Source of the DNA: Bacillota bacterium
Lineage (GTDB): Bacteria; Bacillota; SHA-98; Ch115
NCBI GenBank assembly: GCA_013178415.1
Contig: JABLXA010000017.1
Location: 69,747-133,746 of the forward strand
Reading direction: 5' to 3'
Length of the DNA stretch: 64,000 nucleotides
This document shows positions 49,209 through 58,610 of this stretch, in pieces. The notes beneath the pieces were generated by a model. The model made no database searches and was not told the origin of the DNA. It saw only the letters and a list, made by a program, of their open reading frames with translations. Each line of letters starts with the position of its first letter. Within the stretch, counting starts at the first letter, position 1. A program made the translations under genes and the position numbers.

Positions 49209-50924
49209 TTATGATTCCGCGGTCCCAATGGCCCCAGTAGCCCCAACAGCTCCGGTAGCTCCAGCGACCCCGGCAGCTCCAGGAGATGGCTTCCATGCAG
49301 GCTCAGTACTGGCCGCGCCTGTTTTGCCTCCACCCCCTCCGGATAACTCGCCGATGACAGGAGGCATGAGGAAGTCGGGATAGGCGGGAACGCCCATCTC
49401 TGGAATGTCAAGCCCAGCTAGCTCATCTTCCTCACTCGTGCGTATACCCATTATTGCGTCAAGAACCTTGAAGAAAATGTATGAGAATCCAAGCCCCCAG
49501 ATTATGGCTACTCCGGCGCCTACGACCTGAGCGATGAACTGGCCAGGGTCACCATAAAGGAGCCCGGCGACTCCGCGGCCGGCTATGCCCTGATACACGC
49601 TGGAGCCTACGCCATTCCAACCGGCGCCATAAGTGCCGTCCGCGAAGATTCCCAGGCTGATGATCCCCCATAGCCCATTGAGACCATGAACAGCGATCGC
49701 GCCTACAGGGTCATCTATCTTGAGTTTCCGTTCGATAAAGAATGCTCCTGCGCAGACCAGCACGCCTGCCACCGCTCCGATGATGACTGCAGATGCTGCA
49801 TTTATGAAAGCACAGGGCGCTGTGATAGCCACCAGGCCCGCAAGGGCGCCGTTGCATGTCATTGCAGGATCTGGCTTTCCGAATTTGAGCCACATATACA
49901 CCATAGCCACGAGTCCGCTTACGGCACCGGCCATCATGGTGTTCACGGCCACTATGGATATCCTGAGGTCACCACCGGCCAGAGTGCTGCCCGGGTTGAA
50001 TCCAAACCAGCCGAAGAACAGAATTATCGTCCCAAGTATAGCCAGGGGTATGTTGTGTCCGGGCATCGCAACAGGAGTGCCATCCGCGCGGTATTTTCCT
50101 GTGCGCGGCCCCAGGACTATGGCCCCTGCCAGGGCGGCCATCCCACCTATCATATGAACTACTCCCGACCCGGCGAAATCAACCACACCGTGGCCAAGTC
50201 CAAATTTGGCGCCAAGCTGCGAAAGCCAGCCGCCGCCCCATACCCAGTTGCCGAAAATGGGATACAGGACCATTGAAATAGACAAAGTAGATATGACAAC
50301 CGCCAGGAATTTCACTCGCTCGGCCATTGCGCCGGTGGGTATGGTCGCGGCAGTATCCATGAACACCATCTGGAAAAGAAACAGCGCGAATATGCCAACA
50401 TCATATGTATCTCCCGTCAGGCCAAATCCCTTGAGCCCTATGAGACCAAACCCTCCGGGACTAAACTCACGATCTAAGGCCCCTGCGCCGCCCAAATTTG
50501 CGACAGACATGACTCCACCGAACTGGAAAGCGAATCCTACCAGATAATATCCAACGGCACCAACCAAGAACACCATCAAGTTCATCGCCATTGTATGAGC
50601 TGCATTCTTTGCCCTTGTAAAACCCGTCTCAACAAGGGCAAATCCAGCCTGCATGAAGAAGACAAGAAAGCCGGCAATTAGCGTCCAAACGAAATTGAGA
50701 CCGATTTTATCATGGCCGACCTGGTTGGCTAGTTCTATGAAGGTTGGGGCGCCTGGCGTGACTGCTGCCACATCATTGATATTCCCAGTCGCTCCCCCTG
50801 CTGGGTCTCCAGCGGACGTCAATGATATCCAGCCTAATAGAAAGGCCAGAGACACCAGAGAAGCAATGAGTATGGCACGAAGACGTGAATGCGAGATTTC
50901 CTGACAGCAATTCATACCTAACAC
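49209..50924 (-). CDS. amt: Ammonium transporter (Amt family) with N- and C-terminal extensions
   Basis: FMQAGFALVETG, DFAGSGVVH, GWFGFNPGS and DDPVGAIAVHG (twin-His) motifs. Confidence 0.95.
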   Translation of the reverse strand: MLGMNCCQEISHSRLRAILIASLVSLAFLLGWISLTSAGDPAGGATGNINDVAAVTPGAPTFIELANQVGHDKIGLNFVWTLIAGFLVFFMQAGFALVETGFTRAKNAAHTMAMNLMVFLVGAVGYYLVGFAFQFGGVMSVANLGGAGALDREFSPGGFGLIGLKGFGLTGDTYDVGIFALFLFQMVFMDTAATIPTGAMAERVKFLAVVISTLSISMVLYPIFGNWVWGGGWLSQLGAKFGLGHGVVDFAGSGVVHMIGGMAALAGAIVLGPRTGKYRADGTPVAMPGHNIPLAILGTIILFFGWFGFNPGSTLAGGDLRISIVAVNTMMAGAVSGLVAMVYMWLKFGKPDPAMTCNGALAGLVAITAPCAFINAASAVIIGAVAGVLVCAGAFFIERKLKIDDPVGAIAVHGLNGLWGIISLGIFADGTYGAGWNGVGSSVYQGIAGRGVAGLLYGDPGQFIAQVVGAGVAIIWGLGFSYIFFKVLDAIMGIRTSEEDELAGLDIPEMGVPAYPDFLMPPVIGELSGGGGGKTGAASTEPAWKPSPGAAGVAGATGAVGATGAIGTAES

Positions 50925-51010
50925 CTCCCATAGGGTTTGAGCCTTCGCGAAAGCCTATGGCTAAAGTATATGTATGGAGAAAATGGCAGTCAAAGATACT
51001 GTCAGAGACC

Positions 51011-51027
51011 TGTTAGATAGATTCACA
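51011..51027. promoter_or_regulatory. GlnR/TnrA box between the divergent amt and MerR-family genes
   Basis: TGTTA-GATAGAT-TCACA matches TGTNA-N7-TNACA exactly; extra half-sites TGTCA (51000) and TGACA (51034). Confidence 0.75.
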
Positions 51028-51071
51028 TTAATCTGACATGATCATTGATCCAGTGTGAAGGAGGTATTATC

Positions 51072-51413
51072 ATGATTGCAAGAGAACTTATCAATAGCCG
51101 GGAGATGAGTGTTATGGCAGATGCTGAACATATTTACCCAATAGGAGTAGTACAAAAACTCACCGCTCTCTCATGCAGGCAAATCCGCTACTACGAAGAA
51201 CGTGGCATGGTTTCCCCTGCGCGCTCGAAAGGCAACCGCAGGATGTTTTCCCAAAAGGATATTGAGCGCCTAATGGAGATTCGCGACAAACTCAACGAGG
51301 GTTGGCTGTTGCAGGCCATAAAAGATGTGATCTGCTCAAATAGGCGAGATACATCGAACAGGGCATATCGGTTGAATGAGGAGCATCGGGAATTTGAGAG
51401 ATCTGGGGCCTGA
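51072..51413 (+). CDS. GlnR/TnrA-like MerR-family nitrogen regulator
   Basis: YPIGVVQKLT..SCRQIRYYEE..V.PARSKGNRRMFS; SD AAGGAGG. Confidence 0.8.
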   Translation: MIARELINSREMSVMADAEHIYPIGVVQKLTALSCRQIRYYEERGMVSPARSKGNRRMFSQKDIERLMEIRDKLNEGWLLQAIKDVICSNRRDTSNRAYRLNEEHREFERSGA

Positions 51414-51645
51414 AAAACCAGAAACCCGGAATGATATATATTTCCGCCTTTGACGGGCGGTCGTCATGCAGCCTGTCCCCCTTCTCTCTGAACAGAAGGG
51501 ACCGCGCAACTTAGAGCGGCCCTCCAATTCTAACTCTTTATGACATCGACGTCTGTCTATAGATTGCCGGCTCCAGGGTTGAAAAACAATCCAGCTATAT
51601 CACCGCTCGGTTACCAGGCGCGCGGCGCACAATCAGCTTATATTT

Positions 51646-52152
51646 TCAAATTCGCGCCCGGCCGTCTATGCCATCACCCTTCATTTTAAGATGCGACACC
51701 ACTTTCTTCGCCCCCCGCGCCTTTGATGCCGCCCGCATGGCTGCATCCCTTTCCTCATCGCTCTCTGCTTCCCCTTTCAGGATGACAGTGCCGCCCTTCA
51801 CTACCGGTCCGATGCGCTGAATATCCACCCCGGGCTCAAGAGCCAATTCCTCTCTCGCCTCAAAGGCCACGTCAGAATCTACTATTTCACCATCTGTTGA
51901 AATCGTGATATCATTTACGACATCAACAACCCCGGGAACACCCCGTGCTATTTCCTCGGCCCTATTCCTCTCGGCCAACACATCTACAATCCCCCAGAGG
52001 CGAATTTTGCCACCGATCTCCTCCACCTTAATTCCATATGCCCGCATACCCTCATCAGCCTCAAGAGATTGCCGGACCTGATGAGCCAGATCGCGCCGAT
52101 TTCTACCCGGGCGCTCGCCCCCAATGGCATCTTTACCTTTTTCATAGAACAT
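51646..52152 (-). CDS. BON-domain protein (two BON domains, OsmY-like)
   Basis: Twice repeated V.L.G.....R..A...A....G...V.....; start uncertain. Confidence 0.75.
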   Translation of the reverse strand: MFYEKGKDAIGGERPGRNRRDLAHQVRQSLEADEGMRAYGIKVEEIGGKIRLWGIVDVLAERNRAEEIARGVPGVVDVVNDITISTDGEIVDSDVAFEAREELALEPGVDIQRIGPVVKGGTVILKGEAESDEERDAAMRAASKARGAKKVVSHLKMKGDGIDGRARI

Positions 52153-52272
52153 ATGAGCTACTCCACCCCTATGAAGTCTTGAATGCTACCCGCCGGTTTA
52201 GTTTACCCGGCTTTGGCCCCATAGACTCTCATAGGGAGAGCAGCTGTCGTAATTCGGTGACATCTTGAGATA

Positions 52273-53616
52273 TTAATTACGCCCCTGAGCGAGTCTAGCT
52301 GCCCTGCTGGCAAGTTCCGAGATCTTCACGAGATTGTATCCCTGAACTCCAGTTTCAAGAGTATCTTGCAAAGGACGAACCCACTTCTCCGGCAAGGCCT
52401 TTGCACCGAGTATAAGGCCAACGATAGAGCCTACAGTCGCGCCATTACAGTCGGTGTCCCATGCTCCCATGACCGCAATACCTATAGATTTCCCGAAGTC
52501 CAGCCCACCATATAAGAGGCCGGTGCATACAAGAAGCGCATTGTTGATGGTGTGCACCGGATGGTAATGCCCGTACTTGCCATATACCTTATCCAGGGCC
52601 TTCTCCCAGTCAGCATTGTCCTCTTTCCACCAGCCAAGAATATCATTTACAGCCTCCGCCAAACGGCTGCGCGCTGGAATCTCTGATAACCCTGCACGTA
52701 TGATCTCTTCCACATCAGAGGTTGCGAACGCCGCGGAGAGCATCGCTGCCACAAACATCTCACCGTAGATCCCATTCTTTGTATGGGAGATACATGCGTC
52801 CCTCCAGGCAAGTTCCGCGCCTAATTCGGGATTGCCAGGGGTGACATAGCCCCACATGTCGGCCCTTATCTGGGCACCGATCCACTCCCTGTATGGATTA
52901 CGATGTACGGCTGACATCGGAGGCATTATAAGGTTAGCCAGGTTTCTATAGGCGACTCTTTCCGCTGTACATGTGTGCAATAGTGGGAGGTGTGATAGCC
53001 AGGCCTCTGACACATCCTCTGGCGTGAAATCTATTCCGTACTGTTCTAGAATATGAAGTCCCAAGACGGTGTAGTTGGTATCATCGTCCTCTGGCATTCT
53101 TCCCAAAGTAGAGGGGTCAAAGGATTTTTGTTGAGGACTGAATCCGTATTTCGTCAGAAAATCGTCTGGATATTGGAAGTCGAAATAGTCCTCGAGAGGA
53201 TATGCATTAGTGGCCTTCAGGAATTCTCTGATACCTTCCCGGCCATTGGGTCTCATGGCGTAGCCTTCGACCGGTTTCCCAAGGAGGCAGCCCGCGCAGC
53301 GTCCCAACCATGCACCATAAACCTTGTCGTATAATTGCTCATCAGAAAGGCGCGCCTCCAACCTTCTTGGTCCCTCTGGCCTTTCCGCGCGAATCCCCTC
53401 GAGATCTGATGGTTCGCTATAAGGGAAATCTGTCCCCACCGGAAAATGGGCAATTTCATCCACCAGCTTTGCAGCCATGACTTCCCGATCCAGCTGGTGA
53501 AGAGATTTGACTGCTTCAATACGTTCCATGAAAGGAGTCACATCTTTGCCCTCTTCTCGGGCCTGCCTGACCTCGACGTCAAGGTACTCGGTATTCGTCA
53601 ACCAGGTAGTGTTCAA
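52273..53616 (-). CDS. ADP-ribosylglycohydrolase-family protein
   Basis: GAWLGRCAGCLLG, PEDDDTNYT, GAQIRAD and WDTDCNGATVG motifs; overlaps the ribokinase stop. Confidence 0.82.
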   Translation of the reverse strand: MNTTWLTNTEYLDVEVRQAREEGKDVTPFMERIEAVKSLHQLDREVMAAKLVDEIAHFPVGTDFPYSEPSDLEGIRAERPEGPRRLEARLSDEQLYDKVYGAWLGRCAGCLLGKPVEGYAMRPNGREGIREFLKATNAYPLEDYFDFQYPDDFLTKYGFSPQQKSFDPSTLGRMPEDDDTNYTVLGLHILEQYGIDFTPEDVSEAWLSHLPLLHTCTAERVAYRNLANLIMPPMSAVHRNPYREWIGAQIRADMWGYVTPGNPELGAELAWRDACISHTKNGIYGEMFVAAMLSAAFATSDVEEIIRAGLSEIPARSRLAEAVNDILGWWKEDNADWEKALDKVYGKYGHYHPVHTINNALLVCTGLLYGGLDFGKSIGIAVMGAWDTDCNGATVGSIVGLILGAKALPEKWVRPLQDTLETGVQGYNLVKISELASRAARLAQGRN

Positions 53617-54572
53617 GCTAATCCCTCCAAATCATAGGACTGAAAACGCCGGAGCTTTGAGAAACCAAGTAGTTCTTTAATCTCATCCCGCGTTGGCAAG
53701 GATGTCTGCGCGCCCATTCGAGTTGTAGCAATAGCCCCCGAAGCGCAGCCATATCTAAGGCCTTCCTCTACGCCCATTCCCTCCACTAAGGCCACGGTAA
53801 ACGCCCCTATGAAGGCATCCCCTGCCGCAGTGGAATCTATCGCCTTCACCCGAAAGGCCGGCACGTGAAATCCTCCTTCCGGTCCAGCAAAGACCGCTCC
53901 TTTCTCCCCCAAAGTCAGTACCACCCTGCCCGGCCCCATGTCCAGGATTCTTTTCCCGGCTTCAATGGCCGTGTGCGGTTGGTCAACAGGACATCCGCAT
54001 AGGGCTGACGCTTCCACTTCATTGAGAATGAGATAATCCACAATGGAAAGAAGGTCTTCGGGGAGCCTGCGAAAAGGAGCGGGGTTAAACACGGTCATTA
54101 TGGCATTCTCCCTTGCGATCCGGAGCGCTGTTTGGACTGTCTCCAACGGTATCTCAAGCTGAACTATAAGGGCTTTGGCCTTCGAGATAAAAGATCCTGC
54201 CGCTTTTACGTCATCGGGGAGACACCTTCCATTTGCCCCCGGAAATACAGTAATGGTGTTCTCTCCATTATCACCAACGGTGATCAATGCTGTACCGGTC
54301 GGCAGATCGGAATCCTTCGCGACATAAGAGACATTAACCCCGCTAGTTGTCAGACTAGAAAGCAATATCTCGCCATATGAGTCCATCCCTACCCGTCCTA
54401 CCATGCCAGCGGTCGCCCCCAATCGCCTGACGGCTACCGCCTGGTTTGCGCCTTTGCCCCCTGGGGCCATCTGGAAATGATGCGCGATGACAGTCTCACC
54501 ATAAGACGGAAGTCTCTTGACTTTCGCCACAAGATCCATATTCAAACTACCCACAACTACGATATCTGCCAT
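53613..54572 (-). CDS. rbsK: Ribokinase (PfkB family)
   Basis: VGSLNMD, PGGKGANQA, QLEIP, NEVEA and DSTAAGDAF motifs. Confidence 0.92.
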   Translation of the reverse strand: MADIVVVGSLNMDLVAKVKRLPSYGETVIAHHFQMAPGGKGANQAVAVRRLGATAGMVGRVGMDSYGEILLSSLTTSGVNVSYVAKDSDLPTGTALITVGDNGENTITVFPGANGRCLPDDVKAAGSFISKAKALIVQLEIPLETVQTALRIARENAIMTVFNPAPFRRLPEDLLSIVDYLILNEVEASALCGCPVDQPHTAIEAGKRILDMGPGRVVLTLGEKGAVFAGPEGGFHVPAFRVKAIDSTAAGDAFIGAFTVALVEGMGVEEGLRYGCASGAIATTRMGAQTSLPTRDEIKELLGFSKLRRFQSYDLEGLA

Positions 54573-54730
54573 TACAAAGCACCTTTCTTAGAGGCTCTTG
54601 AACTTCCCTGGTTAATAACAACATCGGCGAATTAGGATACCGTGAGATATGACCTGGGGCGCAAGATTTACCAGATCATAGGCAAAATCAACAGTCCCTT
54701 CATAGTTTCCTTAGTTCCCTTATAAGGCGC

Positions 54731-55747
54731 CTATTGCTGAACAGTACTTGATTGTCTTACAATGCTAGATTCCCTTATTATGAGCTGCGGCTTAAGAACA
54801 ATCTGCTGAACCGGCCTGCCTTTCTCCCTGATACGATCAAGGAGCAGTTCACAAGCAATAGCCCCCATTTCATACTTAGGCTGAGCAACTGTGGTCAATC
54901 GTGGGCGGACTACAGACGCAAGGAGCGTATCGTCATAACCAACCACAGCCACATCTTCGGGGACGCGAATTCCCTCCTGCTCCATCGCGTTTAGCACCCC
55001 GATCGCCATAAGGTCATTACATGCGAAGATAGCCGTAGGGGGGTTCTTCAATCTCATGAGACTCTTCGCGCCTTGATACCCGCTGTGTTGCCTGTAATCG
55101 CCTTCAAGGATCAATTCATTTCGCAATTTGATGCCGTGTTCCAGGAACGCCCTCTTGTAACCCTCGATGCGTTCCATTCCTGTTGTAACGTTCTGAGGAC
55201 CGGTTATGAGACCGATTGCAGAATGCCCAATATTAATCAGGTGATGAGTAGCTATATAGGCTCCTTCCACATTATCTACCGTCACCAAATCGGTTTTCAT
55301 CTTCATCCGCCGGTCTGCAAATACCACGGGGATGCCGCCGGCAAGCAGATGCTCGACATGCTTCGTGCTGACCTGGGACGTAGTGAATATCACCCCATCC
55401 ACCTGCTTACTTCGCAGGACTCTCAAATACTCGGCTTCCTTCCTCGGGTCTCCGTCAGTATTGCAAAGGACCACATTGTACCCATTTCTATGAGCAACAT
55501 CCTCCACCCCGCGGGCAACAGCAGGAAAGAATGGATTCGTGATGTCAGGAAGCACAAGACCGATAGTATAGCTTTGTTTTGTTATCAAACCCCGCGCAAG
55601 GGAGTTGGGCTGGTAATCCATTTCCTCTGCGGTTTGAAGGATCTTCTCACACAACTCTCTCCTTACGGAGCCCCTGCCAGATAGGGCCCTTGAGACTGTG
55701 GCTGGAGAGACTCCAAGCTGTTTAGCTATTTCATATATCGTTGTGAT
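54731..55747 (-). CDS. LacI-family regulator; the HTH is in frame but the apparent start codon is ATC
   Basis: In-frame TTIYEIAKQLGVSPATVSRAL upstream of the track's TTG start; in-frame TAG just upstream; PDITNPFF, FACNDLMAIG and LTTVAQP motifs. Confidence 0.85.
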   Translation of the reverse strand: MTTIYEIAKQLGVSPATVSRALSGRGSVRRELCEKILQTAEEMDYQPNSLARGLITKQSYTIGLVLPDITNPFFPAVARGVEDVAHRNGYNVVLCNTDGDPRKEAEYLRVLRSKQVDGVIFTTSQVSTKHVEHLLAGGIPVVFADRRMKMKTDLVTVDNVEGAYIATHHLINIGHSAIGLITGPQNVTTGMERIEGYKRAFLEHGIKLRNELILEGDYRQHSGYQGAKSLMRLKNPPTAIFACNDLMAIGVLNAMEQEGIRVPEDVAVVGYDDTLLASVVRPRLTTVAQPKYEMGAIACELLLDRIREKGRPVQQIVLKPQLIIRESSIVRQSSTVQQ

Positions 55748-56279
55748 AGATGATGCACCTTCCTATTCACAAGACAATGATCATGGTAGGATAACATCCA
55801 TTTATGCAATGGGTTTCAATCATTATGATAATATCTCTTCGCTATGCGACGAGAAATTCCTTCTTTATCAAGAGAGATTCTATCAATTGTATTTTGTGAT
55901 GTCAGAAAACGATTTCCTTCGCTAATCGCGATCCCACGCCACGATGCCTAATTCATCCGGGCCCATCAAGGTTTATGTCGATCATTTATTCCAGGATGCT
56001 GACCGCGCCCCTAATCGGCCCCCCATCCTGGGCCATCCAGATTACCACAAAGGTAATATCAGACCGGGGCGCCTTAGATCAGCACACTCCATCACATGGG
56101 GGATCAGAATAGGGGATCGGTAGTTGGGAGAGAAAATTGGTGCAGACATGTGCCGCATTTCTATAGAGGTTGTATTGTTAACCCCTTTATGTCACAGTGG
56201 CACAGCCTTGTTTGCTTCCTTTTTCTTACTTACATTGGTTTCCATTTTTCTGGTTCAATTTTTGCACAAATCAAGTTAG

Positions 56280-57083
56280 TTAAGTAATAGCGCGAGTATT
56301 GTTGATTAGATAGGCTGCATCCGCCCGCACATTACCGAACTTATCCGGTTCCTTTATGAACTCAATGGATATGAACCCTCGGTACCCAACATCGCGAAGC
56401 TCTCTTATCATGTCTTTGTAGTTGACCGCCCCTTCGGAGAGCAAACTGCGTTCTATCTGGTCGTCAGGTGTCGTGGCGAACCTGTTGAAATTCTGGGCGT
56501 GCACATTTGCGATAAACTCCTTTACCATCCTGAATCCTTCCATGATATCATCGTGGTCGGGCCTAAAAGATGGCTGGTAATTGGCTCTCAGGTTTGGAGC
56601 GCAAACATCTTGAATCAGCTTTAATGTTGTGGCCGCAGTATCAGTAAAATAGCCATCGTGCATCTCCATCGCCAAGGTAATCCCATACTCTTTCGCCTCT
56701 TTGCAGGCTCTTGCTAGACTCTTCTGAGCCAAATCCCAGTCGTCATCTCTCATCTCCCTTGAGGGCTTATCTCCTACCCATACCCGCATAATAGGTGCTC
56801 CTAGCGACTTTGTAATCATTAATGAGTTCCGAAAATCCTCTTCGGAATTTATCGGCCTTCCCTGCGCTGCAAAACGAATGTAAGAACCATACACAGAGAC
56901 CCGAAGACCGGCAAGAACTATCATATGCCTCACAGCCTCAAGGTCTTTTTCACCTATATTGGGGCCTACATGGGGTGCCTGCCCCCAGATCTCAATGCCG
57001 TCAACGCCTATGGACCTGGCTATCTCGATAATATCCCCCAGGGGGAACTCACGAAATGCGATTGTGCACAATCCCACTTTCAT
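56280..57083 (-). CDS. Sugar-phosphate isomerase/epimerase (AP endonuclease 2 TIM barrel)
   Basis: GVDGIEIW, LAMEMH, NVHAQ and GFISIEF metal motifs. Confidence 0.8.
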   Translation of the reverse strand: MKVGLCTIAFREFPLGDIIEIARSIGVDGIEIWGQAPHVGPNIGEKDLEAVRHMIVLAGLRVSVYGSYIRFAAQGRPINSEEDFRNSLMITKSLGAPIMRVWVGDKPSREMRDDDWDLAQKSLARACKEAKEYGITLAMEMHDGYFTDTAATTLKLIQDVCAPNLRANYQPSFRPDHDDIMEGFRMVKEFIANVHAQNFNRFATTPDDQIERSLLSEGAVNYKDMIRELRDVGYRGFISIEFIKEPDKFGNVRADAAYLINNTRAIT

Positions 57084-57126
57084 GCATTAACCACCACTTT
57101 CCCAAAGATTAGGTACCCGCCTTGAC

Positions 57127-58257
57127 TTAAGAACTTATGGTCAAAATGGCTTCTTTCGCCTGGCTAGCAAGAGGCGGACACCCAGAAATGAAAAGACCAT
57201 GCTCTTTGAAGCGGCGTGTACAAGATCCATAAAGTAACACCCGTTCCTTCGGAAATGAGGGTGGCTTTTCAATGGGCCCCAAGACTACCCGTATCCCCTT
57301 AACCCGCTCTTCCCCCACCTCCTCAACAGCAGCTACGAGACCGCTTGCGAAGGCCTGACGGCAGTTTTTGCAAACGGCAGGGTCCACAAAACTTAAGAGC
57401 TTTCTATATTTTTCATAGCCGTGCTCGGCCCGACTAAACGTAAATTTGAACTCATCGAGATTTGGCCCCAAGAGCCGGATTTCGTCTCGACTAATAGGCC
57501 CAAGCCCCCTTGCAGAAGCCTCCCTTAAATGCTCCACATCAGAAGGCTCAAAACCGAGGAATCTTGCGGCCGTGGCATCGATGGCCACTATATTGTCGGA
57601 AGCCAGGAGGAGGTTTGTTTTCAAGGCTTTGCCTCCTACCGGAAAATTACCATGGAGTGTGTAAATTGCATCCGAAATAGTAAGATCACTAGGCCTTCCA
57701 ACATTGAGGTCCACGATGCAGTCAGACAGCCCCAAATGATGCACAAAACGAGTAGTATCCCCTGGAAGAATACCCATGAGGTTTTTGAGTCCATTTGATA
57801 TGTCTGATAAGGCATGAGTCCTAAGCCCCGGTACGTTTATGAAGACATCACACTCGTCAACTATCCTGGGGATGACAATAGACATATAAAAGGCCTTTGC
57901 CCCGGGGATCTGTTTGAGTTTAAGCGGGGTATCGTCAAAGCTTATCACATCAGCATAATCCCAGATATCCGGGTAATTACGGAGGTTTAAAAATACATTT
58001 CTTGTCCGTTCCCCGATGACGACCCTAGCTCCCAAGCCATGACAGAGCTTTGCGATTGCCAGAATTACCTCGGGATGAGTGATCCTCCCCGTTTCCGGAG
58101 GGGCAGAAACAAAGAGGTTAGGTTTGACGACCACCAGGTCGCCCCTCCTCACGAATCTCCCAAGGCCCCCGATTAGATCTATCGCTCGGATCACACCCGC
58201 CAAGATATCGCCATCCTTGACATCAACAAGTGCTACTTCTGTCACGATATTCCACAT
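57127..58257 (-). CDS. DUF362-domain Fe-S protein
   Basis: VVVKPNL, THPEV, INVPGLRTH and KNLMG; C-terminal CKNC...GSC...GCPP. Confidence 0.8.
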   Translation of the reverse strand: MWNIVTEVALVDVKDGDILAGVIRAIDLIGGLGRFVRRGDLVVVKPNLFVSAPPETGRITHPEVILAIAKLCHGLGARVVIGERTRNVFLNLRNYPDIWDYADVISFDDTPLKLKQIPGAKAFYMSIVIPRIVDECDVFINVPGLRTHALSDISNGLKNLMGILPGDTTRFVHHLGLSDCIVDLNVGRPSDLTISDAIYTLHGNFPVGGKALKTNLLLASDNIVAIDATAARFLGFEPSDVEHLREASARGLGPISRDEIRLLGPNLDEFKFTFSRAEHGYEKYRKLLSFVDPAVCKNCRQAFASGLVAAVEEVGEERVKGIRVVLGPIEKPPSFPKERVLLYGSCTRRFKEHGLFISGCPPLASQAKEAILTISS

Positions 58258-58610
58258 CCTTTCTGACGAATCTTATTCCTCCCCTCAGATATAGCCGCCT
58301 GTATACATAGCCCGTAGCCACTGCACCCTAATTCGGTAGACTACTATGATCTACATCCCCCTCTTCAGAGCATAGGAAACCCGGCTATCCGGGGTATAAC
58401 AATTTATGGAGGCCATAGTCTGAATCGAAAGCTTCGCCCTACACCATAGGAATAATGGATAGAGCTATTCTCAAATCTATGGCCTCTTTTAATAAGTGAA
58501 GTGAGACTCTGGGGGCCGGGCGGTTCTATAAACCTCCCATCCTGGCGCTGCATAAAGGGCACCCCAATGTTTACTGGATAGATGAAGGCGACAGGCCTCT
58601 TTCGTCAGGG

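Noticed and set aside
55910-56060. Possible GNAT pseudogene (RHRGVGSRL on the minus strand)
   Set aside because: A single short motif between stop codons; not enough support
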